A stretch of DNA of 64,000 bases from an uncultured Methanosarcinales archaeon (GCA_964621065.1 CAZULG010000001.1:218124-282123); one strand, 5' to 3'. Positions 47,247 to 56,458 are shown, numbered from the stretch's first letter. Made by a program: numbers and translations. The notes: generated by a model from the letters alone, not told the origin.

Positions 47247-48797
47247 ATGTGTGGAATTTATGGGATTCTTTCTCCTCAAACTATTGATTCAAAATTAGTG
47301 TGTTCATCTCTTCAACGAATAATTCATCGAGGAGCAGATGGATATGGACTATATGATTTAAATAATAAAGTCACTCATAAGTACTTGCTTAGAGAAGAAT
47401 TATTTACAAATATATCTTCACATCGTTTTTTTCAAGAAGGAGTATTTATACATATGCTTCATGCAATTGAAGGAAGAGTAATTCAACCACTTCACAATTC
47501 TGAGAAAAACTCAGTATTATTATTCAATGGAGAGATATATAATTATAAACAATTAAATCAATCACTCTCAATTCAAACGAACAATGATACACAAACACTC
47601 CTTCATTTACTTGACTCATTAGAGAATGTAGAATTAGAGATAGGAGAAATGATTAAACAATTAGATGGTGATTTTGCATTTGTGTATATGCGAGAGAATA
47701 ATGTGTATTTAGCTAGAGACTATTTAGGAGTAAAACCTCTATTTTATGAATTTAATATTCAAAATAAAGATTTTCAATTCAGCTCTGAGCAAAAAGTTCT
47801 CTCATCTCACTCATTAGAAGTCCCACCAAGAGAGATTATTGTGTATAATAAAAATACACATCAAACAACAATTATTGAAAAAGAAGAAATACAACTAAGC
47901 GAAGAGCTTGCAGATTCTTATGAACATTTACAAGAACATACATTCAAATTATTACAACGAGCAGTTGAAAAACGAGTTCCAATATCTAAGAGTAAAAAAG
48001 TAGGATTATTATTTTCAGGAGGAGTTGATTCAACAGTAATTGCACTCTTACTCAAACAATTGGGAGTTGAGTTTGAGTGTTATGGTGCTGAGTTGGTATC
48101 ACCAAATTTAGAAGAAGCTGAAGACGCTCAATATTCAAAGCGAATTGCTCAAGAGTATGATTTGAATTTGAACATGTCAACAATTTCAATTGAAAATCTT
48201 GAAGACTTAATTATTGAGACAATGAAAATTATTGAAACGAGTGATTATATTAAAGTCTCAGTCGCACTTCCATTTTTAGCTGCATGCAAATTAGCATCTT
48301 CAGATAGTGTTGATGTAATGTTTTCAGGCCTAGGTTCAGAGGAGATTTTTGCAGGATATAGAAGACATAAACAAGTCGATAATGTAAATGAAGAGTGTTT
48401 AAATGGACTTAATATATTACATCAACGGGATTTATATAGAGATGATTTGATTACAATGTCTCAAATCCAAGAACTCAGAGTTCCATTTCTAGACAGTGAA
48501 TTAGTTGAGTATTGTTTGAATATTCCAAGTAAGTATAAATTAGATTTAAAAAAAGTTGAAGAGATTAGAAATGATGTGTATAAACATCCCTATTTAAATT
48601 CTCTTGTGCGATCAAAAATTATTTTACGAGATATTGCAATGAGTAAGTTGAGGTTAAGTCAAGAATATGCGAATCGTCAAAAAAAAGCAGCTCAATATGG
48701 TTCAAAATTTGACAAAGGAATTTTACGTCTTGCTAAAAATAAAGGACTTTCAAAGCAAAAATATTTAGACGAATTATTTCAAACGCTAAATAATTAA
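47247..48797 (+). CDS. asnB: asparagine synthase (glutamine-hydrolysing), AsnB family
   Basis: The N-terminal nucleophile is MCGIYGIL, with a class II GATase domain, the PP-loop LFSGGVDSTVIA and a C-terminal synthetase domain. Length is 516 aa. Confidence 0.85.
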   Translation: MCGIYGILSPQTIDSKLVCSSLQRIIHRGADGYGLYDLNNKVTHKYLLREELFTNISSHRFFQEGVFIHMLHAIEGRVIQPLHNSEKNSVLLFNGEIYNYKQLNQSLSIQTNNDTQTLLHLLDSLENVELEIGEMIKQLDGDFAFVYMRENNVYLARDYLGVKPLFYEFNIQNKDFQFSSEQKVLSSHSLEVPPREIIVYNKNTHQTTIIEKEEIQLSEELADSYEHLQEHTFKLLQRAVEKRVPISKSKKVGLLFSGGVDSTVIALLLKQLGVEFECYGAELVSPNLEEAEDAQYSKRIAQEYDLNLNMSTISIENLEDLIIETMKIIETSDYIKVSVALPFLAACKLASSDSVDVMFSGLGSEEIFAGYRRHKQVDNVNEECLNGLNILHQRDLYRDDLITMSQIQELRVPFLDSELVEYCLNIPSKYKLDLKKVEEIRNDVYKHPYLNSLVRSKIILRDIAMSKLRLSQEYANRQKKAAQYGSKFDKGILRLAKNKGLSKQKYLDELFQTLNN

Positions 48798-48861
48798 TGT
48801 GAATATTTCACTCTTTAAATAAATAACAAATTTTTAAGAATATATTATTTAAAATCAAAGT

Positions 48862-49944
48862 ATGAATTTAAAAATAGTTGAGTTATTAGTTTTAATGTTA
48901 ATATTTCAATCTTTATTTTCACTCTCCTTTGCAGACACCAATGGAGTTTGGACATACTCAGAAGATATTCGAGCAGGCGTCTTTGGTGCAGATGAAGGAA
49001 ATCCTACAGGAAGCAATTACACCTTCAATGATATGGTCTATTTCAATCAAAATTTGGTGTATAAAACTCAACTCATTGAAGATATATTTGTAAATACAAG
49101 TGGAGACACAATGAGCGGCAATTTAGATATGGGTGGAAATATAATAAGTAACATTAATAGATTGATAACAAATCCTTCCACCTCAGATTATTTAGGAGGA
49201 GTATTTGCAGAATATTATTTCACACGAGGAGCAGGAACGAGTTATTATTTACGTCCGGCCGGAAGTTCTAATATCAATAATTTAGACGTTATAGGATCGT
49301 TAGAATTAAACGGAGTTGATATTAATGATATTTTTGTCAATGAAGGTCAGAGTAACTCTATTAGTAATACTATGCTTCAAGATAACTCAGTGACAGGTGA
49401 TAAAATAGCAAATAATGCAATTACGATAAATGAAATAGACACAAGTAGTTTAGATAATCAATATGTAAATCGCGCAGGAGATACTATGAGTGGAAATTTA
49501 GATATGGGTGGGAATGATATTACAAATATTGGAAATATTGAATCCTCACAATATTGTGATGAAAACGGTAATAACTGTGTCGAAACTGGAAATATTCGAA
49601 CAGATAGTAACTTTGTTGAGGTATATAATTCTGCGGCATCAACGTTAGGTTTACCATCAACTCCTGAAATTACAGTGAATGGAGGACTTGACAAATGGCC
49701 AGACTTTTTTTTATGTAGAAATTCAGACTCTGGTCAAGGAGTTTTGATTATGGAGGTATACGATTTTAGATTAAATTCAAATGTGATTCAATATAAAGGG
49801 AACTCAAATAGTGATAACTATTTCTTTTATCCAGATGGGTCATATAGAAGTGGAGCAGGAGGTGACTCAGTACAAAGAGGATGTGGACTTGGATCATCAA
49901 ACGATGACATTGTGAGTATATGCGATGCAGGATTGTGTGGTTAA
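48862..49944 (+). CDS. secreted tail-fibre-like / adhesin-like repeat protein with Cys-rich C-terminal domain
   Basis: 360 aa with signal LLVLMLIFQSLFSLSFA. There are two copies of GDTMSGNLDMGGN(I/D)I(S/T)NI, plus VTGDKIANNAITINEI. These motifs are common in phage tail fibres and in surface proteins of small-celled prokaryotes. The C-terminal roughly 120 aa carry six Cys. Confidence 0.6.
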   Translation: MNLKIVELLVLMLIFQSLFSLSFADTNGVWTYSEDIRAGVFGADEGNPTGSNYTFNDMVYFNQNLVYKTQLIEDIFVNTSGDTMSGNLDMGGNIISNINRLITNPSTSDYLGGVFAEYYFTRGAGTSYYLRPAGSSNINNLDVIGSLELNGVDINDIFVNEGQSNSISNTMLQDNSVTGDKIANNAITINEIDTSSLDNQYVNRAGDTMSGNLDMGGNDITNIGNIESSQYCDENGNNCVETGNIRTDSNFVEVYNSAASTLGLPSTPEITVNGGLDKWPDFFLCRNSDSGQGVLIMEVYDFRLNSNVIQYKGNSNSDNYFFYPDGSYRSGAGGDSVQRGCGLGSSNDDIVSICDAGLCG

Positions 49945-50002
49945 TATTAAAATAAACTTATTTCATTGAGTATTTAATTTAATATAATTCTACTATTTTC
50001 CT

Positions 50003-50016
50003 AAACATTTAAAAAC
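50003..50016 (+). promoter_or_regulatory. TATA-like box upstream of psmA
   Basis: aaacatttaaaaac is centred about 28 nt upstream of the ATG at 50037. Confidence 0.4.
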
Positions 50017-50036
50017 ACTCTTTTTCTACCTTTAGT

Positions 50037-50744
50037 ATGTCAACAATAAAGCAACATCAAGAAATGGGGTATGATAGATCAGTTGGAATGTTTTCTCCTG
50101 ATGGTTTAATTTTACAAGTAGAATATGCAGAAAAAGCTGTTCAACTTGGAGCAACAGTACTTGGAATTACAACAAAAGAAGGAGTGGTGTTTATTGGAGA
50201 TCGAAAAATCACATCAAAGCTCCTTGTCAAAGAATCTTTGAAAAAAGTGTATGAAATTGATGAACATATTGCAATTACAGGAGCTGGTGCAATGAGTGAT
50301 GGAAGACGATTAATTGAGCATGCACAATATAGTGCAAATGAACACTCTGCTAAAATGCAAGTCCCAATGGACACTTTAGTTTTAGTCAAAGATATTGCAA
50401 ATGTGCAACAACACTATTCTCAAAGTGGAGGATTAAGACCATTTGGAGTATCATTGCTCATAGGTGGATTTGAAGATAATACTGCTCATTTATACCAAAC
50501 AACTCCTAGTGGAATGTATATGAAATTTTTAGCAAGAAGTGTTGGTGTTCATTCTCAAAAGATAAATGAGTACCTAGAGGAACGTTATAAACAAAATATT
50601 ACACTTAAAGATGCAATTAAACTTGGTTTAGACGCATTTAAATCAGCTCTTGTAGATGATTTTGATAAAAATAGATTTGATATTGCAACACTCTCCACTG
50701 AAGGATTTAGACGATTTGATGAGAGTGAAATAAAAAAATTATAA
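50037..50744 (+). CDS. psmA: proteasome subunit alpha
   Basis: YDRSVGMFSPDGLILQVEYAEKAV is the alpha-subunit N-terminal signature. Length is 235 aa. Confidence 0.9.
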   Translation: MSTIKQHQEMGYDRSVGMFSPDGLILQVEYAEKAVQLGATVLGITTKEGVVFIGDRKITSKLLVKESLKKVYEIDEHIAITGAGAMSDGRRLIEHAQYSANEHSAKMQVPMDTLVLVKDIANVQQHYSQSGGLRPFGVSLLIGGFEDNTAHLYQTTPSGMYMKFLARSVGVHSQKINEYLEERYKQNITLKDAIKLGLDAFKSALVDDFDKNRFDIATLSTEGFRRFDESEIKKL

Positions 50745-50797
50745 TTTTTATTTATTTCATTCATTATTTAATAAAAAGAGTAACTTGATTTAATTTT

Positions 50798-51802
50798 TTA
50801 CTTATTATTCTCTAAAAATTCATTAATTTGAGAAATTGTTGAATTCAAAATTTTATTAACTGCGTCTGTTGTGTTAAACGCATTATGTGGCGTTAAATAG
50901 ACACGAGAGTGATTAATGAGTATATGATCTTGAACAAGTGTTTTAATATCACACTTAGAAGTTGCATCTGTCTCAAGCATACGAGAGCTCTCTTCTTTCA
51001 TTAAACACTCACCCTCTATCACATCAAGACCAACAAAAGATATAATCTCTTGCTCTAATCCTTCTAAAAGTGCTTGTGTATCAATTAACTCCCCTCTTGA
51101 TGTATTAATGAGAACTACTCCTTTTTTCATCTTTGAAATAGATTCTTTGTTAATGAGGTGATGGGTTTGTGGAAATAATGGAACGTGCAGTGATATAATA
51201 TCTGATTTGTCTAATATTTCATTGAGTGAGGCTAATGTGACACCTAGTTCTTTAGCTTTGCTCTCAACTTGCTCAGGATACGCATCAAAAGCTAGAATAT
51301 TCATTTCAAATCCTCTACACATTTGTGCAAATTTTTGTCCAATATTTCCAAATCCAATAATACCAACTGTCTTTCCACACAAATCAAATCCTTGAAGATG
51401 TGTAAAATCAAAATTTCCCTGTTTTACTTGAGAAATACTAGGAATAATTTTTCTTGAGATAGTGAGCAGAAGAGCAAATGCGAACTCTGCAACTGTATTT
51501 TCACCATATTTTGTAACATTAACAACTTCAATATTGTTTTTTTCACAAAATTGGGTGTCAATATGATTTTTCCCAGTGCTTCGAGTTGAGACGAGTTTAA
51601 TATTTGGAAGTTGCTCTAATAATTCTAAGTTCAGTTGAGAGTAGATAAAAACACTCACAATTTCAAATTCCTTGAGCTTCTCTATTGAGTATTCTTCAAT
51701 ATACTCTTGAATTGTTCCACTATATAGTGTTGCTTGGTCAAACGCATTTGAAATAATGTGTTGTTCATATTCTTCTTTAATTTCAAAAAATATAATATTC
51801 AT
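50798..51802 (-). CDS. D-isomer-specific 2-hydroxyacid dehydrogenase (D-lactate dehydrogenase-like)
   Basis: It has the NAD fold GIIGFGNIGQKFAQ, SLHVPL, NTSRGELID and the catalytic-His context TPHNAF. Length is 334 aa. Confidence 0.8.
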   Translation of the reverse strand: MNIIFFEIKEEYEQHIISNAFDQATLYSGTIQEYIEEYSIEKLKEFEIVSVFIYSQLNLELLEQLPNIKLVSTRSTGKNHIDTQFCEKNNIEVVNVTKYGENTVAEFAFALLLTISRKIIPSISQVKQGNFDFTHLQGFDLCGKTVGIIGFGNIGQKFAQMCRGFEMNILAFDAYPEQVESKAKELGVTLASLNEILDKSDIISLHVPLFPQTHHLINKESISKMKKGVVLINTSRGELIDTQALLEGLEQEIISFVGLDVIEGECLMKEESSRMLETDATSKCDIKTLVQDHILINHSRVYLTPHNAFNTTDAVNKILNSTISQINEFLENNK

Positions 51803-51880
51803 AATTATAATAGTTTAATAATATTTTAAAACGCTATGTATTCACCCTAAAGTTTGAGTGTTACTAAGTTAAAAGAGTGC

Positions 51881-51897
51881 GAATTTTTATAAATTTT
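51881..51897 (+). promoter_or_regulatory. TATA-like box upstream of ftsY
   Basis: gaatttttataaatttt is centred about 26 nt upstream of the ATG at 51915. Confidence 0.4.
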
Positions 51898-51914
51898 AAA
51901 TTATTGTAGAAGTT

Positions 51915-53498
51915 ATGTTTAATAAAATAAAGTCTCGTTTGAGTGAAGTGTTTTCTAAAACTAAAGATGTTATTGAAGAAGATGAAAAACAAGAGTTAGA
52001 AACTGATATAGAATCTCAACCTCAACAAAAAACTCAAGATGTTGAAGAAAATAAAGAAAAACTAGAAGATCATCAAAATCAAGAGGACTATTATAGACAC
52101 GAAGAAGATGAAAGAGCACTTCAAGAAGACCAAGATGAAGTTGACTCAACAGAAGAGAAAATTGAAAAAGAGATAGAAGAGACTCAACATGATGTTGAAG
52201 AGTTAGACTCTGTTGATTCTCATGAGCGAGAAGATTATCAAATAAAAGAGTTAGAGAGTGAACAACAAGAAGTTGATGAGTTAGATGATAAGCTTGAGCA
52301 TGAAGTTGAAGATGTTGAAAAAGATGTAGAAGATTTGGATAATGTTAATGAATATGAAAAACATCAACAAGAAACTCAAACAAATTCAGAAAAAAAAGGA
52401 TTTTTCTCAGGACTATTTTCAAAAAAAAAGAAAGAAGAAGCAGCTCAAGAAGATGATAAGCAACAAGAAACTCAATTAGATGAAGAACAACAAAGTGGAG
52501 CAAAAGAGCAAGAATTAGACTCTTCGCAAAAAAGTGATGTTAAAGAAGACAAGCAAGAAAGAGCTGAAGAGTCTCAAATCTCTGCTCAAGAGGAAAAAAA
52601 AGAAGGATTTTTGCACTCTGCGTTTTCATCAATTACTCAAAAAGCAATTACTGAAAATGATTTTAAAAAGTTGTGGGCTGAACTGGAGTTATTTTTACTT
52701 GAAATTAATGTGGCATACGAAATTGTTGAGAAAATTGAGAAAAAAATGCACTTAGCAACTATTGGAAATAAATTTTCAAGAATGTCTTTGAATAAAAAAA
52801 TAAAAGAGGTATTAGTTGAAGAAGTAACTCACTCAATGCAAACAAGACAAGGAGAATTTGACTCAGTAGTGGATGAATTTTTAGGGGAGAAAAAACCTGT
52901 TGTAATAATGATGCTTGGAGTCAATGGAACAGGAAAGACTACAACAATTGCAAAACTTATTCAACATTTGCAAAATACACAAAAATCAGTAGTTGTTGCA
53001 GCAGCGGATACATATAGAGCAGCAGCAGTTGAGCAATTAGATGAGCATTGTCAAACATTGAATGTGAAATGTGTAAAACACAAACACGGTTCAGACCCTG
53101 CTGCTGTGTGTTATGATGCAATTGATCACGCAAAAGCAAAAGGAGTTGATGTTGTCTTAATTGACACAGCTGGGAGAATGCCTAATAATTCAAATTTAAT
53201 GGATGAGTTAAAAAAGATTAAACGAGTTTCTCACACCGATATGGTATTGTTTATTGGTGATAGTGTTTCAGGAAATGATTTAATTGATCAAATAGATTTG
53301 TTTGATAAAGGACTGGGAGTGACAGGTGTGATTTTAACAAAAGTAGATACAGATGAGCGCCCAGGGAGTGTTGTAACAACTGCATATTCAATCAACTCTC
53401 CAATTTATTTTTTAGGAACAGGGCAAACATATCAAGATTTAGTCAAATTTGACGCAAAACATGTGGCAGAGCAATTATTCAACGAAGAAGAATTATGA
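51915..53498 (+). CDS. ftsY: signal recognition particle receptor FtsY with long acidic N-terminal extension
   Basis: The C-terminal NG domain has MMLGVNGTGKTTTIAKL, DTAGRM and TKVDTDERPG. The first about 230 aa are Glu/Asp/Gln/Lys-rich and low-complexity. Confidence 0.9.
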   Translation: MFNKIKSRLSEVFSKTKDVIEEDEKQELETDIESQPQQKTQDVEENKEKLEDHQNQEDYYRHEEDERALQEDQDEVDSTEEKIEKEIEETQHDVEELDSVDSHEREDYQIKELESEQQEVDELDDKLEHEVEDVEKDVEDLDNVNEYEKHQQETQTNSEKKGFFSGLFSKKKKEEAAQEDDKQQETQLDEEQQSGAKEQELDSSQKSDVKEDKQERAEESQISAQEEKKEGFLHSAFSSITQKAITENDFKKLWAELELFLLEINVAYEIVEKIEKKMHLATIGNKFSRMSLNKKIKEVLVEEVTHSMQTRQGEFDSVVDEFLGEKKPVVIMMLGVNGTGKTTTIAKLIQHLQNTQKSVVVAAADTYRAAAVEQLDEHCQTLNVKCVKHKHGSDPAAVCYDAIDHAKAKGVDVVLIDTAGRMPNNSNLMDELKKIKRVSHTDMVLFIGDSVSGNDLIDQIDLFDKGLGVTGVILTKVDTDERPGSVVTTAYSINSPIYFLGTGQTYQDLVKFDAKHVAEQLFNEEEL

Positions 53499-53552
53499 AG
53501 TTGAAATATATAAGTAGCAAATATTTAAAAATAGTTAAACTATATCTGTTTT

Positions 53553-54146
53553 ATGAGAGCAATTATTTTTGATTTTGATGGTGTAATTCATGATACTCTT
53601 GAAGATTTACACAGAATTCATTGCCAAACTCTTGAAGAATTAACAATGGATGAAATGAAAGAGAATGTATTTGGTGGAAATTCACGAGAATATTTTGACA
53701 AGTTTAGTGATGAAGAGAAAGATAATTTTGAAAAAATTTGGAAAACTCATTGCAATGATTTGAGACTAGAGAGAGCTATACGAGACGAATTAGAAATTTT
53801 ATCTCAAAGTTACTTATTGTTTATAGTTTCTTCTAATAATGAATATAATTTGAATAGATATTTTGAGAATAATAATTTTTTGAATATATTTACAAAAATA
53901 TATGGAGCTGAAACACATAAATCCAAATATGAAAAATTCAAAATACTCCTTGGTAATTTTGACTTGATAGTTGATGAATGTATATTTGTAACAGATACAT
54001 TAGGAGATATCTTAGAAGCTAATAAAATTGGACTTAAAACGATTGCAGTTGATTTTGGTTATCATGAACGAGAAAGACTTGAAAAAGGAAATCCTATTAA
54101 AATAGTTTCACATTTTAAAGAAATAGGGAAATTCATTGAGAGTTAA
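53553..54146 (+). CDS. HAD-superfamily hydrolase (phosphatase)
   Basis: Motif I is IIFDFDGVIHDT, motif II is the Ser in FIVSSN, and the motif IV region is TDTLGDILEA. Length is 197 aa. Confidence 0.75.
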   Translation: MRAIIFDFDGVIHDTLEDLHRIHCQTLEELTMDEMKENVFGGNSREYFDKFSDEEKDNFEKIWKTHCNDLRLERAIRDELEILSQSYLLFIVSSNNEYNLNRYFENNNFLNIFTKIYGAETHKSKYEKFKILLGNFDLIVDECIFVTDTLGDILEANKIGLKTIAVDFGYHERERLEKGNPIKIVSHFKEIGKFIES

Positions 54147-54429
54147 CTTAAAATAACATTAGACCCTTCTACTTTATAAATACAGACTTATTTTATTAAG
54201 TATAGGATTTTAAAGAGAGAGCACTTGTTCTACATGAATACCAAGTTATTTGTATTTTTTAACGCTAAGTGCTAAATTATGAGAATTCATAATTGGCTTT
54301 AGAATAATTATAGCGCTATTGATTAGTATTGATATTATTAATGATATCTAAATACTCAATGAGATGAGTTCTATTGATTATTACAAAATTCTATAATAAG
54401 TATAATAAATATTATTACACAATATAAAA

Positions 54430-56217
54430 ATGAGACAAGACCTAAAAAAAATAAATCTAAAGACAAATCAAAAGTCAAACCAAAAACAGACTAAAAGAAC
54501 TTCAAAGACAAGCGAAACAGCTTCAAGTAAAACAGATACATCTTCATTTGCACAATCATTTCATGAACTTAATCTTCATCCAAGTGTAATTGAACAACTT
54601 GATAGAATGAAATTCACTCAACCAAGTGAAATTCAAGCAAAAGTGATTCCTCTTGTTTTGAGTAGAGACAAAGATGTTATTGGTGTTGCACAAACAGGAA
54701 CAGGAAAGACAGGAGCATTTGGAATTCCACTAATTTCCCATTTAACACAAATACAACAAGAACAAGGCGTTGATATGAAACAAAGAACTCCACAAGTAAT
54801 TATTCTAGCGCCAACACGAGAACTTGCTCTGCAAGTAAGTAGTGAGCTTGAAAAATTCTCAGCCTTTAACAAACAAATTACAGTTGTTACAATTTATGGA
54901 GGAGCGCCAATTACTAGGCAACAACGAGAATTGAAAAAAGGATGTGAAATAGTTGTAGGAACTCCAGGAAGAGTGGTTGATATGATTAAAAGAAAAGATT
55001 TGAAACTTGAGAATTGTTCTAATGTAGTTTTAGATGAAGCAGATGAAATGCTGAAAATGGGATTTGTTGAAGACTTAGAATTTATCCTTCAAACAACACC
55101 AACAAAGAGAAAAACATATTTATTCTCAGCAACAATGCCTTTAAAAATTAAACAATTATCTCAAAAATATATGAGTAATCAAGAGATTGTGACAGTTGAG
55201 AAAAAACAAGAAGTGACAAATTTAATTTCACAAGAATATTACAGTGTTGATAGAACAAGAAAACTGGAGTCATTAATTCATTTAATTTCATCAATTCAAA
55301 AATTTCACGCAATCATATTTTGTAGAACTCGAGCAGATGTTGACACATTAACACTTTCTCTAAATTCAAATGGATTTAAAGCAGATTGTATTCATGGAGA
55401 TATTTCTCAAAATAAACGTGAGAAAATTTTGCAAGATTTTAAGAACTCAAAATTTTCAATTCTTGTTGCTACTGATGTTGCAGCACGTGGAATTCATGTT
55501 GATAATGTAACACACGTTGTAAATTACACACTTCCTGATGATGTAGAAACATATACTCACCGAATTGGACGAACAGGAAGAGCTGGAAATAGTGGAGTTG
55601 CACTCTCCTTTGTAACTAGGCAAGAGATGTTTAAACTCAAACAAATTGAGAGGGAGCTGAACGTGAGTGTTGTGAGAAAAGAATTACCATCTCAAAGTCA
55701 AATTGAAGAATTAAGACATAAATATATTATTGATGATATTAAACAAAGTATTAAACATAGTGGATTGAACTCAAAACCTGAAAAATCACATGATAAAAAG
55801 CGGTATGAATTAGTTGAGAATATTATTGATGAGTTATCAACACATTTTTCTCAAGAAGAAATCATCTTCTCATTAATTGAAAAGGAACTCGGAAATTCAA
55901 ATAGAGGTTCAAGCTCTTCACATTCAAATACTTCAAAACATGAGAACAAGAAAGGAAATGTAGATTTTCAATCAAATTTAAAAGAGAGAAAAATCTTTGT
56001 TGCAAAAGGAAAAGCAGATAAATTTTCAAAAAAATCACTTTTAACATTTTTAGAAAAAGAAGCAGGAGTTCAAATTAATAATGTCAAAGCAGTTGATGTG
56101 TGTGAGAGTTTCTCATTTGTCACGCTTAATGCGCAAGTTGCAGGAAAAATTGTCGAATCATTTCGAAGCAAAAAAGCAAGAAATGGGAAGTCATTAGTAG
56201 AGTTTTCCTCAAATTAA
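54430..56217 (+). CDS. DEAD-box ATP-dependent RNA helicase with C-terminal DbpA/CsdA-type RNA-binding extension
   Basis: The Q-motif context is FTQPSEIQ, followed by AQTGTGKTGAF, VLDEADEML, FSATMP and HRIGRTGRAGNSG. The C-terminal about 170 aa end in an RRM-like IFVAKGKADKFSKKSLLTFL...VTLNAQVA. Confidence 0.85.
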   Translation: MRQDLKKINLKTNQKSNQKQTKRTSKTSETASSKTDTSSFAQSFHELNLHPSVIEQLDRMKFTQPSEIQAKVIPLVLSRDKDVIGVAQTGTGKTGAFGIPLISHLTQIQQEQGVDMKQRTPQVIILAPTRELALQVSSELEKFSAFNKQITVVTIYGGAPITRQQRELKKGCEIVVGTPGRVVDMIKRKDLKLENCSNVVLDEADEMLKMGFVEDLEFILQTTPTKRKTYLFSATMPLKIKQLSQKYMSNQEIVTVEKKQEVTNLISQEYYSVDRTRKLESLIHLISSIQKFHAIIFCRTRADVDTLTLSLNSNGFKADCIHGDISQNKREKILQDFKNSKFSILVATDVAARGIHVDNVTHVVNYTLPDDVETYTHRIGRTGRAGNSGVALSFVTRQEMFKLKQIERELNVSVVRKELPSQSQIEELRHKYIIDDIKQSIKHSGLNSKPEKSHDKKRYELVENIIDELSTHFSQEEIIFSLIEKELGNSNRGSSSSHSNTSKHENKKGNVDFQSNLKERKIFVAKGKADKFSKKSLLTFLEKEAGVQINNVKAVDVCESFSFVTLNAQVAGKIVESFRSKKARNGKSLVEFSSN

Positions 56218-56237
56218 AATTTGAGATTTGGAGAAGT

Positions 56238-56254
56238 TTTTGTCATAGACAAAA
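56238..56254 (+). terminator. hairpin just downstream of the helicase gene
   Basis: ttttgtc-ata-gacaaaa forms a perfect 7-bp stem starting 21 nt after the stop. A role in termination is inferred only. Confidence 0.3.
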
Positions 56255-56375
56255 TTTAGATGGAACCTGCAAGATTTTGGAACCTCTAAATCCTTGTTAT
56301 GTGAGGGTCGACCGAAGGGAAGACAAAGGTTTAGTGCAACGTTCCGTAGCGAAGCGAAGGAAAACCGCACAGTTG
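56255..56375. ncRNA. candidate small structured RNA (locally GC-rich island), identity and strand unknown
   Basis: The segment gtgagggtcgaccgaagggaagacaaaggtttagtgcaacgttccgtagcgaagcgaaggaaaaccgcac (56301-56370) stands out in GC content. It has the palindrome ggtcgacc, the hairpin gtgc..gttcc / ggaa..gcac (56334-56370) and a direct repeat tggaacct at 56261 and 56278. It lies in a convergent intergenic region with no credible ORF. Confidence 0.2.
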
Positions 56376-56441
56376 AATTTTCACGATAATAAATTTCTCA
56401 GTAGGAGACTATATATTTGAAGGATAAGGGAGTCAGTTTTG

Positions 56442-56458
56442 GTTCTTTTTAAAAGAAC
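56442..56458. terminator. symmetric hairpin in convergent intergenic region
   Basis: gttctttt-t-aaaagaac is a perfect 8-nt inverted repeat with T/A runs in both orientations. It may act as a bidirectional terminator-like element. Confidence 0.3.

Noticed and set aside
47247-48797. AsnB homologue considered as a lasso-peptide cyclase or other RiPP enzyme next to the secreted fibre gene
   Set aside because: It keeps the N-terminal Cys nucleophile (MCGI) and a complete GATase domain plus PP-loop, like bona fide asparagine synthases. No precursor peptide, transglutaminase-like protease or exporter is adjacent.
48862-49944. Duplicated motif considered as a diversity-generating retroelement target/template pair
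   Set aside because: There is no reverse transcriptase in the window. The two 39-nt copies are both inside the ORF, and their differences are not adenine-specific. This is an ordinary internal duplication.
54147-54429. 283-nt region upstream of the DEAD-box helicase considered as a cold-responsive long 5' UTR or small RNA gene
   Set aside because: I found no GC enrichment, conserved box or stable stem. A TATA-like stretch sits close to the ATG, so a long leader is not required.
56301-56370. GC-rich island considered as SRP RNA helix 8, given ftsY nearby, or as RNase P RNA
   Set aside because: ggtcgaccgaagggaagacaaagg loosely resembles GGUCC-GGAA-GGAAGCAGCCAAGG of 4.5S/7S RNA. However, the conserved AGCA loop and a GNRA tetraloop are not present, and no flanking helix 5 or Alu-domain sequence of adequate GC content is visible. 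gaaggaaaaccgcacag is also not the RNase P GAGGAAAGUCC block. I keep it only as an unidentified candidate.
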